From assembly GCA_963740085.1 (NCBI GenBank), contig CAVUCU010000004.1, forward strand, positions 672,001-736,000: DNA of 64,000 nt. Direction: 5' to 3'. The notes under the pieces were generated by a model that was given only the letters and a program-made list of their open reading frames with translations, had not been told where the DNA came from and ran no database searches. This DNA is from Nitrospirota bacterium (GTDB taxonomy: Bacteria > Nitrospirota > UBA9217). Position 1 is the stretch's first letter, and each line of letters begins with the position of its first letter. Of this stretch, positions 8,909 through 20,683 are shown in pieces. Both the position numbers and the translations under genes were made by a program.

Positions 8909-11127
8909 TTATAACTCAAACTTGAAATTTATTACTCTGAAGACGAGGTATCGTGTATCTGCTGGAACATCAATCTTTTTTGCATCCGAGGAAAAGTTAA
9001 TTGCGTATTCGCTTCTCTTATGAAGAATAATGTTTTTCTCATATGATATTCCTCCACGATTAACAAGCAGTTCATCATGAAATTGTCTGCTCTTTATTCT
9101 TAGTTTTGACATTTGCTCAAAACCCGTAGCAAGAATCATATTCAGATGTACTTGCAAGTCTTGATCTGAAGTATTTCGAACTATCAAAACGCCATTTTTA
9201 CCACACCACCTCCAACTATAATTACTATCTCCCTCCAAGCTTAAAAAATCTTTTTTCCACAGCATGCTAACGTAATCTATATCCCTGAAAGTTAGAGTCA
9301 GTATAATATGATATCGAGATGTTTTCAACATCTATATCGTTCTCTGAAGAATTTATCATAGTTTTAATAAATGAGTTTCTGTCCTGGCTCTTATCAACTA
9401 AATAAGAGATGAAATTTCTGTTGGGATATAATATATTATCGTCTATTTTTATTTTTTTCGAAAATGCCCCTCTCGCATTTTCAACAAAACCAGAAACTTC
9501 TTATAATTTGAGTACGTATATAAATTGGCATTTCTTGAGTAGATTACGGGTTCTCCAAGAACCATATCAATTTTTGTGATTTTGGCCAGAACGATAAATT
9601 GATTGGGGTTTTTAAATTCTTGATCATATTTTAAAAAGTATACATTTGATTTATCCATGCCCTGAAGGTTAAGCCCTACAAGTTCCTCTTTAGTTGAAAG
9701 GATAGTAATATTTTTCCCGGTTTTAAATTTTATATAGTCGCTCCAGTAAGGAGCGAAAGTTACCGCTATATTTATATGGCCATATAATGATGGGGCATAA
9801 ATTACACTATTTTCGGGAATAGAGATAAATTCGCCCGTTTTAAGCAGCTGGTCAATCGTTCTCCACTTGAGATGGGACTGTGTCTGGCTAAGGGTAACGT
9901 GATAATTTGAGTAGTCGACGATGAAACTCGTAATGGCTATAATAAGGCCTACAGATACAGCATACAACAATAATAACAACTTATGGGATGAGAATAACTG
10001 TTTCACATAAATTATCAATATTGTGAAAAACAAAACTGTTCCAAAATATGAAAAGAAGGTAACCGTATGAGCTAATGAACCAGCAGACACAACCCAGTAC
10101 TGATATTTTGTTGTTAACGCTATAAGAAAGACGGGTGCAATGAAGAGTGTTATGGACAATAATGCGGTTAACCAATAGGTTCTCTTGCTGAAGTTGGTGG
10201 ATTTATGTTGAATGAGGTGATAAACTAAATATGAACTGATCAATGCCTTGGTAATCCACTCTACCCTGGCATTCTTAACAATATGAATAATGCTGGAACG
10301 ATGGCCCTCAAAAGCGGCAGAGTAATCATTAAACATCGGGGTAAAATGACTATATATATAAGTTGGCAGAGAACTAACGCTATATTGGTACATAACTTTG
10401 GCAAAAGAGATGAAAGAAAAGTGGGAAATAATATTTCCCTCATAACGAGACGGATAAAAATGTCTAAATGTAAAATAGATGGCTGCATATATGAATAACG
10501 CTGCTGCATGAGGGATAATTCTCAAAAAAGCTTTCGAAAATGCTTCTTGAGTTTGTTGATTGGGATCACTTCTATAAAAAAAGAGACAAAGATAAAAAGA
10601 ACAAAATACATCGCGAATACTTCATAAAGTAATAACGTAAGGAAAAACAAAACGGTACTAATAATCAGGCGACTTATTTTATTTGTATCAACATATTGCT
10701 TGAAATAAATCAAGCATATCATAAAAATACAGATGCCTGCATGAAAGACAAACGGGTATGAAGTTAAAAGGTAATGGTCCCACATATTCTGTAAACCGAC
10801 TAAATAAATAATGATGAGAAGAACCGCATAATGAAGCGATCTGTAAAATGTATAAATCATGTATCCAAATAATAGAATATTTACAATTATAATGCCGATA
10901 GAAATGAATTTATAATATACAAAGTTTCTTACGAGATATGGTACTTTGGCGAATTGGTAAGCAACAGGCATGAAAAATCTGCCTTGATCTTTAGCAATAT
11001 TAATTTCACCGGTAATTCCAGTATGTTTTGAACTACTTAATTCTAGCACCATGTCGTCATTCGTAGTAAAACCAACATTGATTAATGGATAAAAAGTAAA
11101 AACGATCAATATGCCAATCATTAACAT
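8909..11127 (-). pseudogene. AT-rich polytopic membrane protein, probably a GT-C/GtrII-like glycosyltransferase, split into three ORFs (10522..11127, 9449..10525, 8909..9331)
   Basis: N-terminal TM followed by TNDD and QGRF, typical of GT-C fold enzymes. Many TM segments and a periplasmic C-terminal domain (WRWCG). The breaks fall in homopolymer runs, so they may be sequencing errors. Confidence 0.55.
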
Positions 11128-11415
11128 GATGGCCGAGCTAACCTTTTTGTCAGAAACTAAATTTCCATCAAGAAAATCCTCTTCCCGAACGCTTATTGAT
11201 TATTGATAATATTCAGCAATCTGCTCCAATATGCCTCGATTGAGTAGTTTTTCAGGAAGAACTCCCTTACGTTGGAGTAAAATCCTTCACATCTGACTTT
11301 ATCAAGCATCGTCGTATTCAGCACATCACGAAACTACTCATAGGGATCGTACGCGCATCCCGCTTTTGAGTCCACGATATGTTGGTTCAAATCAAAAACT
11401 GATCCAAACGGTCTT

Positions 11416-11830
11416 TTATGCCAAAACCGACAATGCTGTTCGGGACCTTATCTCTATAATAAATGTTCCTCGATTTTTCTCGGCATTGGTCATAAAAAGA
11501 TGCGTAGAGAGAGGCCATGAAAATGAAGTAGTCGTCGTAGTCGTCTTAATAGCCCGATATATATTCAAGGAAGTGACTGGCGCATAAGGCCCTTCAAATT
11601 TCATCCACTCCTCACTAAGGCCGAGCGCAGTTTTCTTTTTTGGTATGCTGCGAAAACCGCGCTCACAACGGCTTCGGATTGTTGAAAGATCCCTTGCGTC
11701 TTCGGCAGCTATAACAGCTCAAGAAACAGGCTGAGGATGTATCCGATGACGGAAACACGATATGATTTCGTTATGACAAATCTCATCAGAAGGTCTTTTA
11801 TGCGTGCATTATTCCCCTCCTCCTCTTTTG
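11416..11830 (-). pseudogene. Degraded glycosyltransferase family 4 fragment
   Basis: Stitched across frames it reads EEWMKFEGPYAP..LEYI..DDYDDY.FIFMASLY, which resembles a GT4 subfamily N-domain motif. Multiple stops and shifts. Confidence 0.4.
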
Positions 11831-11905
11831 AATATTACAAGTTTGAGAGGATTTCAGGCTTTGATAACTGTCCACTCCTTGATTTATCTAAAAGGAGTTG
11901 GAATC

Positions 11906-14900
11906 CTAAAGCATCCGGTTCTCTTCCCATGATGGTCCGATAAGCATTGTGCATGATTTTTTTGTGATAATGTCGATGATTTGGCGAGCGCTATCCGCCC
12001 GATTCAGCCTCGGCATGTCATCGGACTTCGGATGCCTGCTCAATCCACAAAGACTATTGAGTTTTTTTACGTCCGCAAGGTCAGCGGCTTCCGTCCCGTT
12101 GAAGAAGTATGCAGACCGGCCCGCCACCTCGCGGAACACTGGAATATCGCGGCATGATCGGCAACTTGTGTTTGGCGGCCTCGATGAGCGGCAGGCCAAA
12201 ACCTTCTCCTTCACTAGCAGCGATCAAGCAGGTGCTGGACAGCGTAAACTTTCTCCATATATTCATCGCTAGTGCTTTCCAGCCAGAATAATCGTTTGCC
12301 CAATTCGTGATGGTTGCGCGAGGTATCTGCCAGCGACCCCATCTTCCAACCCTGCTTGCCGACGACAACCAGATTCGCCTCAAAGCCCTCTGTCCATAAC
12401 TGTTCGAATGCGGCGATTGTTTGGATATGCCCTTTACGTGGTTCAAGCGTACCAACCATCAAGAAAATCGGACGTTTAGCTAGGAGACTAACACTGCCCC
12501 GGCATTTTCTGGCATGCCTCTCAATGGGCAGGATCGATGCAAATGTCTGCTCCCAAATGGTGCCAGTCAATCTTGAATGGCCGCTAACGGGCTGGCAGTC
12601 CTGTTTGTCTTTAGCCAGTCTGCAAGCTCACCAGCTACTGCTTTGGAGATGCAAATGGCACCATCGCTTTCGGCAACGGCCTTCAGCCAAGCCTGATGCT
12701 GCTTTGTCGCCTCCTTAGTAAAAGCCTCGGGTAGGTTAATCGGCAACAGGTCATACACCACGAATTGAACCTGCACACCACGTTTGCGCAACAGCTGGAA
12801 AAAGGCTTGCTGCGCCGGCACGACTTCTGGCTGTAAGTCCAGCCCGAGAAACACACTCCAGCCCGAAACTCGATGGTGTCGTCTGATAGGGCCAATCCCG
12901 GACAGTTGAGGAAGCTTAAAGTGAACTGCCGTGCATAGCGGTAGCCTTCGATCAGTTGTGGCATATACGGGCTCAACTTTGAAGCCTTCCAGGCGAATGG
13001 ATGAGCAGTTCCTGCAGGATGCTGCGCACCACGCGCTGAATTCCAGTTTTCGAGTCACGCTGGACCAGTTTTCGAAATGTCTACCAATAACTGACGGGGG
13101 GCGAGCAGTGGCGGGATGGAAAGAAATCGCTTCAGCAATAGGCACCCAAGCTTGCGAGTCTGACGGCGGTTCAACACAGGCCAGCGCACGTATCAAGGCA
13201 GTCACGTTGGTGTGTGCTGCGCGGCACATCGTCTCGATTGCCTTCTCATACTGGTCAGCACAGTCTCGCGGATCATGGCGAGTAAGAATGATTTCCCGTG
13301 CTTTAATACCTAGTTGTTGTCGACAAGCTGGTTCTCGCCACAGTGTTTCTAATGCGTTGACCAACTCATTATCACAAAACTCATCCGGAAGTTTCCAAAC
13401 ACCATCTTCCGCCAAGTCCGCCATGCTGCCATTGGCATTGACGATGGTCGGAATACCGTAATTCATACAATCGAGCACTGAGGCCGAAGTTTCTCCACGG
13501 GAAAGTGTGCGCAGTTGCACAGCCACATCAGCCGCCGCGAGGTAGTGTCGGAAGGTGGTGATATCAGTCCAACCTGTGATGCGAATACGCTTACTCAAGC
13601 CGCTTTGGCGTATCGTGTCGAGCATCGCAGCGCCATATTCACTGCTATGATTTTCACCGACGAATACTAATACGCAATTGCCGTTTTTTGCTAAATCCGA
13701 AGCTAGCCACGCATTAAAGCAGGCGTTGGTTCAGTTTAGTGAGGTCCGAGCACTCCAAAACTACACACTGCAAAATCATCATTCTCCAATTTCACGGCAG
13801 GCGGCGTAGCTCCTCCGGCACGGATCGATATCAAAGGCTGGGGACGCGTAGCAGTGGAATGAGCGGCCCAATCGGTCAGCAGCGCCTTTTTGTTAATCCA
13901 ATGGGTTTGCAAAGCCGCCGCGAACTTCTCGGAATGCACAATCACACCGTGCGCATTTTTTAAGGCATCTCTAGGTTGCATGGATAGCGCCAGGGCACTT
14001 CAGCAAAGTAACTGATGCATCAAATAAATGCTGCAGCATGGCCGCATAGCCATGGTTTTGATAGAGTGCATTTAATCCAAGAATCAGATCCTTGGCCACT
14101 AAAATGCATGTGGCCCTACGACACCAGATAGAAAAAAGTCATGCAGCACGATCGATACCCGGTACCTTTCTCCAGTAAATCAAACATGTGCTGATGTAAG
14201 TAGTTGTTGCCAAAATGATAGAGCACCCGGTCGTAACGGTCTGCGTGAGATCTGAGCCATGCCGCGCTACGTATTGTGCAGTTAGCCTTGATCCACGAGT
14301 CGGATACGATATCCTGCGCCACAATCAGGTCGATATCATAATGACGTGAAAGCTCGGGCAGCAGCTCTGCGCTGTAATCACTGATCCCGCTATGCACGGG
14401 TGGCAAAGGAGAGACATACGCCATCTTGGGTCGACGGGCGGGCCTGTTATCGGTCAATGGTTGGTGGGCCTTCTTAACATACAACGCCTCAACAGCAGCA
14501 ATTGCCCGTTGCGCGCTGGTATCCCATGAAAACCGCTTGGCTTGTTCAAGACCATGTTGCTCCAGATCTGCCCGGAAGGCATCGTCAGTCAACACCTGCG
14601 CGAGTTTTTCAGTAATGGACGTATCGTTCATGGGGTCGAAGAGGGCGTCATCCCGGCCTATCACTTCCGGCACACTGGAAGTGTTGGCGCCAATCACTGC
14701 CCGACCACAGGTCATCGCTTCCAGCGCTGGCAAGCCGAAGCCTTCATGCCATGAGGGGAACACGAACGCTTTGCACAGGCCGTATAGCGTCAGTAGATCT
14801 TCTTCAGGCACAAACCCGGTCAGAACCAGTTCCTCAGCCTTCAGCCCCTGCTCCTTGGCTAGCGTTTCCAGTGCACCACGGCTGTCAGGCGTCAGATTAG

Positions 14901-15693
14901 CGCTGACAATTACCAATTGGTGGCTTGTTTGTAACGGTTTGGGCAGTTTAGCGTATGCGCGTATAAGACCTTCAACGTTCTTACGGTGGTCAATGCCGCC
15001 TGTATTCATTACAAATTGCCGATGTAAACCGTAACGCTGGCGGACCTCTTGCTCTCGCTCACAGTCGATATGCTGTGGCTGAAATTGCGGGTCAGCCGCC
15101 GAGGAAATATTGACACATGCTACGGAGGGAAAACCGAGGTAACGGATCCCCTCTCGCCGAGACGATTCGGAAATTGCAAGCAGAAGGTCGGCCCGGCGCA
15201 GATGATCGAGTTTGTTCTCGTACCAGGCCTCCACCACTGGATTTTCCAAGTAGGGATTGCGCTGGATCAGTGGAATCAGGTCATACAGGATAACCGCTGT
15301 TGGCACGGTGCGGCTCAGGGTGCCGATGCTGGTGACCGCATTATCGCGTGCCCCTTCGAACAGGCTACTGACGAGAACAATATCCGGCTTGAAGCTGCCC
15401 AAAAAAGCCTCGCGAACCAACTCGGCAGTGCATCGGCGCCAATCGTTTTCCTTGCTTACATGACACACCGGTTCCGGCGACTTCCAGACACCGATATTTT
15501 TTTGCGGCAGCAAGCCATCAAAAGCGGCACGTATCGTTTCAATGGTGTCTGGAAACAGCTCATTGAGAGCGAGAAACACCGTGTGCATACCACGATTACG
15601 AACGATGGCCTGAGCTAAGGATAGCGTATAACGTCCAATGCCATGTTGCTGATTACTGCCCTGCGCTCCTTGCATATCAATCACAATGCGCAT
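11906..15693 (-). pseudogene. Large multidomain GT4 glycosyltransferase (WbdA-like polymerising mannosyltransferase), fragmented by many frameshifts
   Basis: MRIVIDMQGAQ...GIGRY...FVFPSWHEGFGLPALEAM (domain 1); AYVSPLPP...AVQLRTLSRGETSASVLDCM (domain 2); VVYDLLP...MVGTLEPRKG...SEGEGFGLPLIEAA (domain 3), spread over consecutive ORF fragments. Confidence 0.8.
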
Positions 15694-15777
15694 CAGTTTT
15701 TCCCCGCTTTGATGGCTTTTTGCAAGTCAGCATAGATGCGGGTGGCGCGGGGAGAAAGGTTCTTTACTAACGGCGCG

Positions 15778-15830
15778 GCATCATCACTGTCCGCATATTT
15801 AATTGCTGCGTCGTCACTGTCCGTATATTT
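15778..15830. repeat. Short in-frame duplication (KYTDSDDAA / KYADSDDAA)
   Basis: GCATCATCACTGTCCGCATATTT and GCGTCGTCACTGTCCGTATATTT in tandem. Confidence 0.8.
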
Positions 15831-16176
15831 CATTGAAGCACCTATGCCCACACCAATGATCAGCCCCGATCTCGCAGCGAACTCGCGCAGTCGTTGCACG
15901 AGTCGAGGCTGTTTGGTCAACATGGTCTTCACATGCGCTTTCAGGCGATAGTTGGAAAGGGTCTTTCGCATGACCCACAGCACCAGCGGCTTGACCATTT
16001 GCTTTATCAGGCGTGGCATCCAGAGTACTATACGCTTGGTTATCAATACAATAAATTTGGCTATCCTCACAGCCTGACGAAGCGGCCAGGTGATTAGCCA
16101 GGACTTGCTTGTATAAACGTCCTGAAGCTCACAGTTGAGACCTTCGGCCACTTGATTAAGTTCATCAATTTTCGCT

Positions 16177-16418
16177 TTGGCCGCATCCCATTCATTCTGT
16201 AGCCATTGGCTATTCGCTTGCAGACGGGTATTATGCTCGTTAACTCCATTCAGTTCGGCAGCAAGCTTCTCCGCTTTTTGATTGGCCGCATCCCATTCAT
16301 TCTGTAGCCATTGGTTATGCGCTTGCAGACTGGAATTATGCTCGTTAACTCCATTCAGTTCGGCAGCAAGCTTCTCCGCTTTTTGATTGGCCGCATCCCA
16401 TTCATTCTGTAGCCATTG
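16177..16418. repeat. 105-bp intragenic tandem repeat (about 2.3 units, 35 aa of coiled coil)
   Basis: TTGGCCGCATCCCATTCATTCTGTAGCCATTG recurs at 16177, 16282 and 16387. Confidence 0.95.
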
Positions 16419-17175
16419 CACGGAGGCTTCGGCTTGCGTGATCAGTTCTGTCTCTCTTGCCTGGTGTGACGCTATCACCCCTTACAAAAATAGGAACTCG
16501 ATCCGTCACATTACATCGTCAAACACATTTGGCGGTGAAGAAAATGCCTCAGCAAGCTCGGCATGTTCCTTTGCCACATAAAAACGATTGAGCCCGTCAA
16601 AGTAAACAAACTGATATTTCGCTGCAGTGAAAATAGGGTCCCAGCCTGCGTAGTCTGTCTCGGGCGAGCCGGGAATGGTCGCCTCAACCACCATTACCCA
16701 GGGACGCAGGGTTTGGCTGTCCCAGCCTTTCAGCACCTTTTCTTCAAATCCTTCCACATCAATTTTGAGCCAATGAACTTCTTTTCCCGACAGCGACCGC
16801 AATGCTGATTTCAAAGTCAAAACTGGCACCTGGATCCTTGGCGATCAAAACCTCGCTCCGTTTGATGGCGTTCTGCGAACGCATCCTCGACGGTACTGAG
16901 GCCGGTGCCTGGAATGACATTGAACTCCAGCGTGCCTTCGGTATCAGCCAACGCAACTTGCAGCACCGTTCGTCCGGTCTGTCCTGGCGCAGCAGTTCGG
17001 CATATTCAGGAACAGGCTCAATGTGAATACCCCGCCAGCCGTGCTCATAAAAGGCTTGCTCACAGAATCCACCACCGGGTGCTGCGCGCCAACGTCGACA
17101 TAAACTCCGATTTCACATGCTTGAGCGCGCGCCAAAGCATCACGTCTTCAAAATTTTGGGCGTAAGAGACAAAAC

Positions 17176-18425
17176 TCATTGTGTACCTTCCTGACTCTGG
17201 CGAGAAATGACAAATTGGCCATCAAGCCAGTTACTGCCAATAAAAATGTCGCGGTTTCCATTGATCACATCAAACACCAGCATGTTATCTATCCATTCAA
17301 AGTTATCGATCAGATGAGTATCTGTACTCACAAGAGCTGGAGAAACCGAGTACGAACCCGGTCCCAGGGTGCAGGTAAATGCAACTTGAAGACAACGGTT
17401 TCGCCTGTTTTAACGCCTCTTGTATTTGGTGCGTGTGCCAGGTGTTGGTACCCCACACCACATGGCCTTGCTTGTCACGGATCATGTAAGCCGAGCACGA
17501 GCCGAGGTATTCGGCATGAATCGTGAGCTTCGAGCCGCAATTCCACCGCCTGGCCGATTTGCGCGACGGCTAACTCGGTGCCTGTAGCAGCATCTAATAG
17601 TTGAAGTGATTTACGCGCGCCTCGCCCGTTCCGCTCCTGGTAAGCAACCAGCCATCTTTCTTGCGGCGCTGCTCAATGCTAAGTTTTGCGTTTTCTTTTT
17701 CTGCAATGAGGGCATTGTAGTAGTCCACAACTTCGTCGGGCTGTCCGTCTTTAAGCACGCCTCCCTTATCCAACAAGATGACACTGTCGCACAGGGTGCG
17801 CACGACATCCAGACATGGGTAACCATCATGATAGAAATGCCTTCGACTTTAAACTGCCTGATACGATCAAAGCTTTTATGCTGAAAATAGCTGTCACCAA
17901 CACTCAAAACCTCATCAACGATGAGTACATCTGGCGTCACTGCCGTCGCCAGGGCGAAGGCCAAGCGGGCATTCATACCGCTCGAGTAAACCCGCAGGGG
18001 TTGATCGAAAAACTCTCCAATCTCGGCAAAATTCTCAATGTCAGGCATCAAGATCGTCAACTCGGAAGTGCTGAGTCCCATCAAACCACCAGAAGATAAA
18101 CATTTTGCCGAGCAGTAAAGTCTGGATTGAATCCTAGTCCAAGTTCAAGAATTGCGCTGATACGTCCATTGATTTTTACGCTTCCAGTACTAGGGCGAAC
18201 GGTACCGGTGATCAATTTAAGCAAGGTGCTCTTCCCTGCGCCATTCTGGCCGATAATCGCCAATGCTTCGCCTCGGCGCAGAGTAAAATTCACATTTTTC
18301 AGTGCCCAATATTCATGCACATGCTGCGACGGAAATCCAAACCATTGTGAAAACCGTGTAAAATTGTTGCGATACGTGGTATAGCATTTCCCCACCCCTG
18401 AGACATTCAGAACTGTATCACTCAT
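17176..18425 (-). pseudogene. wzt: O-antigen ABC transporter ATPase Wzt with C-terminal carbohydrate-binding domain, frameshifted
   Basis: Walker A GQNGAGKST, YSSGMNARLAF, Walker B LIVDEVLSVGD; C-terminal fragments RSGTGEAR and IRDKQGHVVWGTNT. Confidence 0.85.
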
Positions 18426-19216
18426 AGTTCATCCACTAAATCAGCACTGGCCCGACGAAAGACCAAAAATGAGATCATGAACAAAGTTGCTGATACCAGG
18501 ATTGGGATCAGCAAAGTTCCCCATTGCGGGAAAGTGTTATAGAGCATGGCATCCTGATAAAGTTTGACCAGAGGCGCCATCGGATTAAATACTGCAAGCC
18601 AACTCAGACTCTTCGACAGGGTGCCTGATGTGTAAACGACTGGAGTAAGCCAAAACCATATTTGCATGACAACGGTGAAAACTTGTCCGACATCGCGCAC
18701 AAATACGTTGAAGACGCCCAGCAAGACACCGAGGCCGAATGCAAACGCGGTGACCACAAGCATCCCAATCGGTAAAACCACCCAGGCAACACCGGGAAAA
18801 TGGCCAAAAAATAAAAAGACTACTGCTGTAGCAAGAAGCAATAATACGTGATTCAACAGCGCGCTGCCTCCCACAATTACCGGCAGACAAAGGCGGGGGA
18901 AAGAGATTTTTTTAAGCACACCAGCGTACTCGATAAAGATAGTCGTGCAACGGGTTATGATCTCGGCAAAAAATCCCCACGCCGCCATGCCAGCCATCAG
19001 GTAGATGGCATAGCCGGCTTTATTTGTCACTCCTGGTAGTTTTGACCCCAAAACCTCTGATAATACCAGCGCATAGATGGCAGCTTGCATCAATGGATGC
19101 AGGATAAACCAGAGCGCCCCAAGGCTGGAGCGCGCGAATCGACGCTTTAATTCCCCTTGTATTGATGAAATAATAAAATGCCGGAATTTCCAAAGGGCCT
19201 GAATAATTTGTTTCAA
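18422..19216 (-). CDS. wzm: O-antigen ABC transporter permease Wzm
   Basis: RFARSSLGALWFILHPL, LKKISFP, WFWLTPVVY, FNPM; TTG start after GAGGAG RBS. Confidence 0.92.
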   Translation of the reverse strand: MKQIIQALWKFRHFIISSIQGELKRRFARSSLGALWFILHPLMQAAIYALVLSEVLGSKLPGVTNKAGYAIYLMAGMAAWGFFAEIITRCTTIFIEYAGVLKKISFPRLCLPVIVGGSALLNHVLLLLATAVVFLFFGHFPGVAWVVLPIGMLVVTAFAFGLGVLLGVFNVFVRDVGQVFTVVMQIWFWLTPVVYTSGTLSKSLSWLAVFNPMAPLVKLYQDAMLYNTFPQWGTLLIPILVSATLFMISFLVFRRASADLVDEL

Positions 19217-19474
19217 TTATATTCTCCTCATTGCAGTCGGACTCGGCAAAAGCTTCATCTTTGAAAGAATACCCGCAATCAGGTAGATGCCGTAGCTGTA
19301 AGTATTTGATGACGCACCCTGCAGACGCGCTCCCATGACCTGCGAAAAAATTATGGTGTACACAAAGATATTCACCAGGGGCCAGATAAAGGTCCAGAAG
19401 ACCCCAAGGACGGAGCCTGAGTACCGTTCTGTAAAATCTCGTTTTGTCAGTTCTATTAATAAGCTTATATTCAA
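19217..19474 (-). pseudogene. wzm: Truncated second Wzm permease (first about 70 aa only)
   Basis: LTKRDFTERYSGSVLGVFWTFIWPL...YGIYLIAGIL, then similarity stops abruptly near 19265. Confidence 0.85.
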
Positions 19475-19516
19475 GTGATTGTCTCAAGAAGTCCGCTGCA
19501 GTTTCGAAGCACCGTT

Positions 19517-19545
19517 ATAGTACTATAGCACCTCTAACTTGTCAA
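19517..19545 (-). promoter_or_regulatory. Sigma70-type promoter for the wzm operon
   Basis: Minus strand TTGACA-17 nt-TACTAT. Confidence 0.6.
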
Positions 19546-19654
19546 TGATACACACATTTCGAAAGGTCAAACAGTGAAAATCTCAATAGCCGCATAGCAC
19601 TTAAGTAATATTTTTGCTGACCCCTTTCTCTCAATTTCTTTAACAGAAAAGTGC

Positions 19655-20674
19655 TTATGGTAAATTAATTTTCTTTACTGTCCTATAGAAGAGCTGATTC
19701 CATTTTTGAACAAACAGTTCTTCTGAAAATTGTTCATTCACGGTCTTTTGTGCATTGCGACCCAATTCATCGACAAGTTGCGGATCGGCAAGCAGCGTCC
19801 TAAGGTGAGCGATGATTTCTTCGGCGTTTTTTCCGATCAAACCGTTATAATTATGAATGATCGGGGATGAGGGATTATCCACGGTGACTATCGCCATTCC
19901 CATCTTCATGGCTTCGAGCATGGCCAAATTGTAACCGTCATTGTGGGGAAAACGCGTTGTGAACAGAAATATTCTTCCGCTCCGGAAGGTCTCAATGAAT
20001 TCCCGTCGGTTTTTAGGGATAACCGCCGCGGTCACGCCTGGATTATTGCCGATAATAGTGATGGGTATTTTTTGCATAACCTGCTCTATGAGATCATAAC
20101 CACACTCTAATCCGCGGCGTTTCATTTGATTTCCAACAACGATGACACGGCCATACCCTATGCCGGGATCCGGGGGAGGCAAGTTTAGCGGAAATGTTCG
20201 GATGATCTCACCTTTAATAGACCAGCTTTTATACTTTAATTCACTGATTCCGACAAATTTTATTTTATGGGTTAAACTGAAAACATGATAAGTCAACTTT
20301 TTTAGCAGACTTCGGGTCCAGTCAACAACGGTAACATATTTCAGGGTGATATGAGCAACGAAGATGCAAGGCACCTTACGATAAGGGAAGAAAAAGAGCA
20401 GGTTTTTTATCGTATGACAGATGATGACATCAAAATAACCTGATTTCAATTTTGCTTTTTGCTCATCATTAAAATCAATGAGCGTGCAATTTGATGGGAC
20501 CGGGTGAGTGGAAGGGTTCCAGGAATAATCGTGGCCCTTATATTTGGTAATGACGTAAAAGTCATGCCCCGTCTTTGCCAGGGCCGACAAAAAAGGTTCA
20601 TGAAGATTAACGGTGATGATCCTTAATTTTTTACGTTGAGAAAGAGACTTCATCTGTTTGGTATCCTCCTGCAT
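19655..20674 (-). CDS. Glycosyltransferase family 4-like
   Basis: DGYNLAMLEAMKMG, NYNGLI, LGRNAQKTVNEQFS. Confidence 0.8.
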   Translation of the reverse strand: MQEDTKQMKSLSQRKKLRIITVNLHEPFLSALAKTGHDFYVITKYKGHDYSWNPSTHPVPSNCTLIDFNDEQKAKLKSGYFDVIICHTIKNLLFFFPYRKVPCIFVAHITLKYVTVVDWTRSLLKKLTYHVFSLTHKIKFVGISELKYKSWSIKGEIIRTFPLNLPPPDPGIGYGRVIVVGNQMKRRGLECGYDLIEQVMQKIPITIIGNNPGVTAAVIPKNRREFIETFRSGRIFLFTTRFPHNDGYNLAMLEAMKMGMAIVTVDNPSSPIIHNYNGLIGKNAEEIIAHLRTLLADPQLVDELGRNAQKTVNEQFSEELFVQKWNQLFYRTVKKINLP

Positions 20675-20683
20675 ACTCCCCTC

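Larger units (their letters stand above)
15693..17179 (-). pseudogene. FkbM-family methyltransferase fused to a coiled coil (WbdD-like chain terminator/ruler), frameshifted
   Basis: Manual translation from 17179: MSFVSYAQNFEDVMLWRAL..YVDVGAQHP, then WLKIDVEGFE and YFDGLNRFY (ORF 16506..16829), then a coiled coil with SKSWLITWPLR (ORF 15693..16478). Confidence 0.8.
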
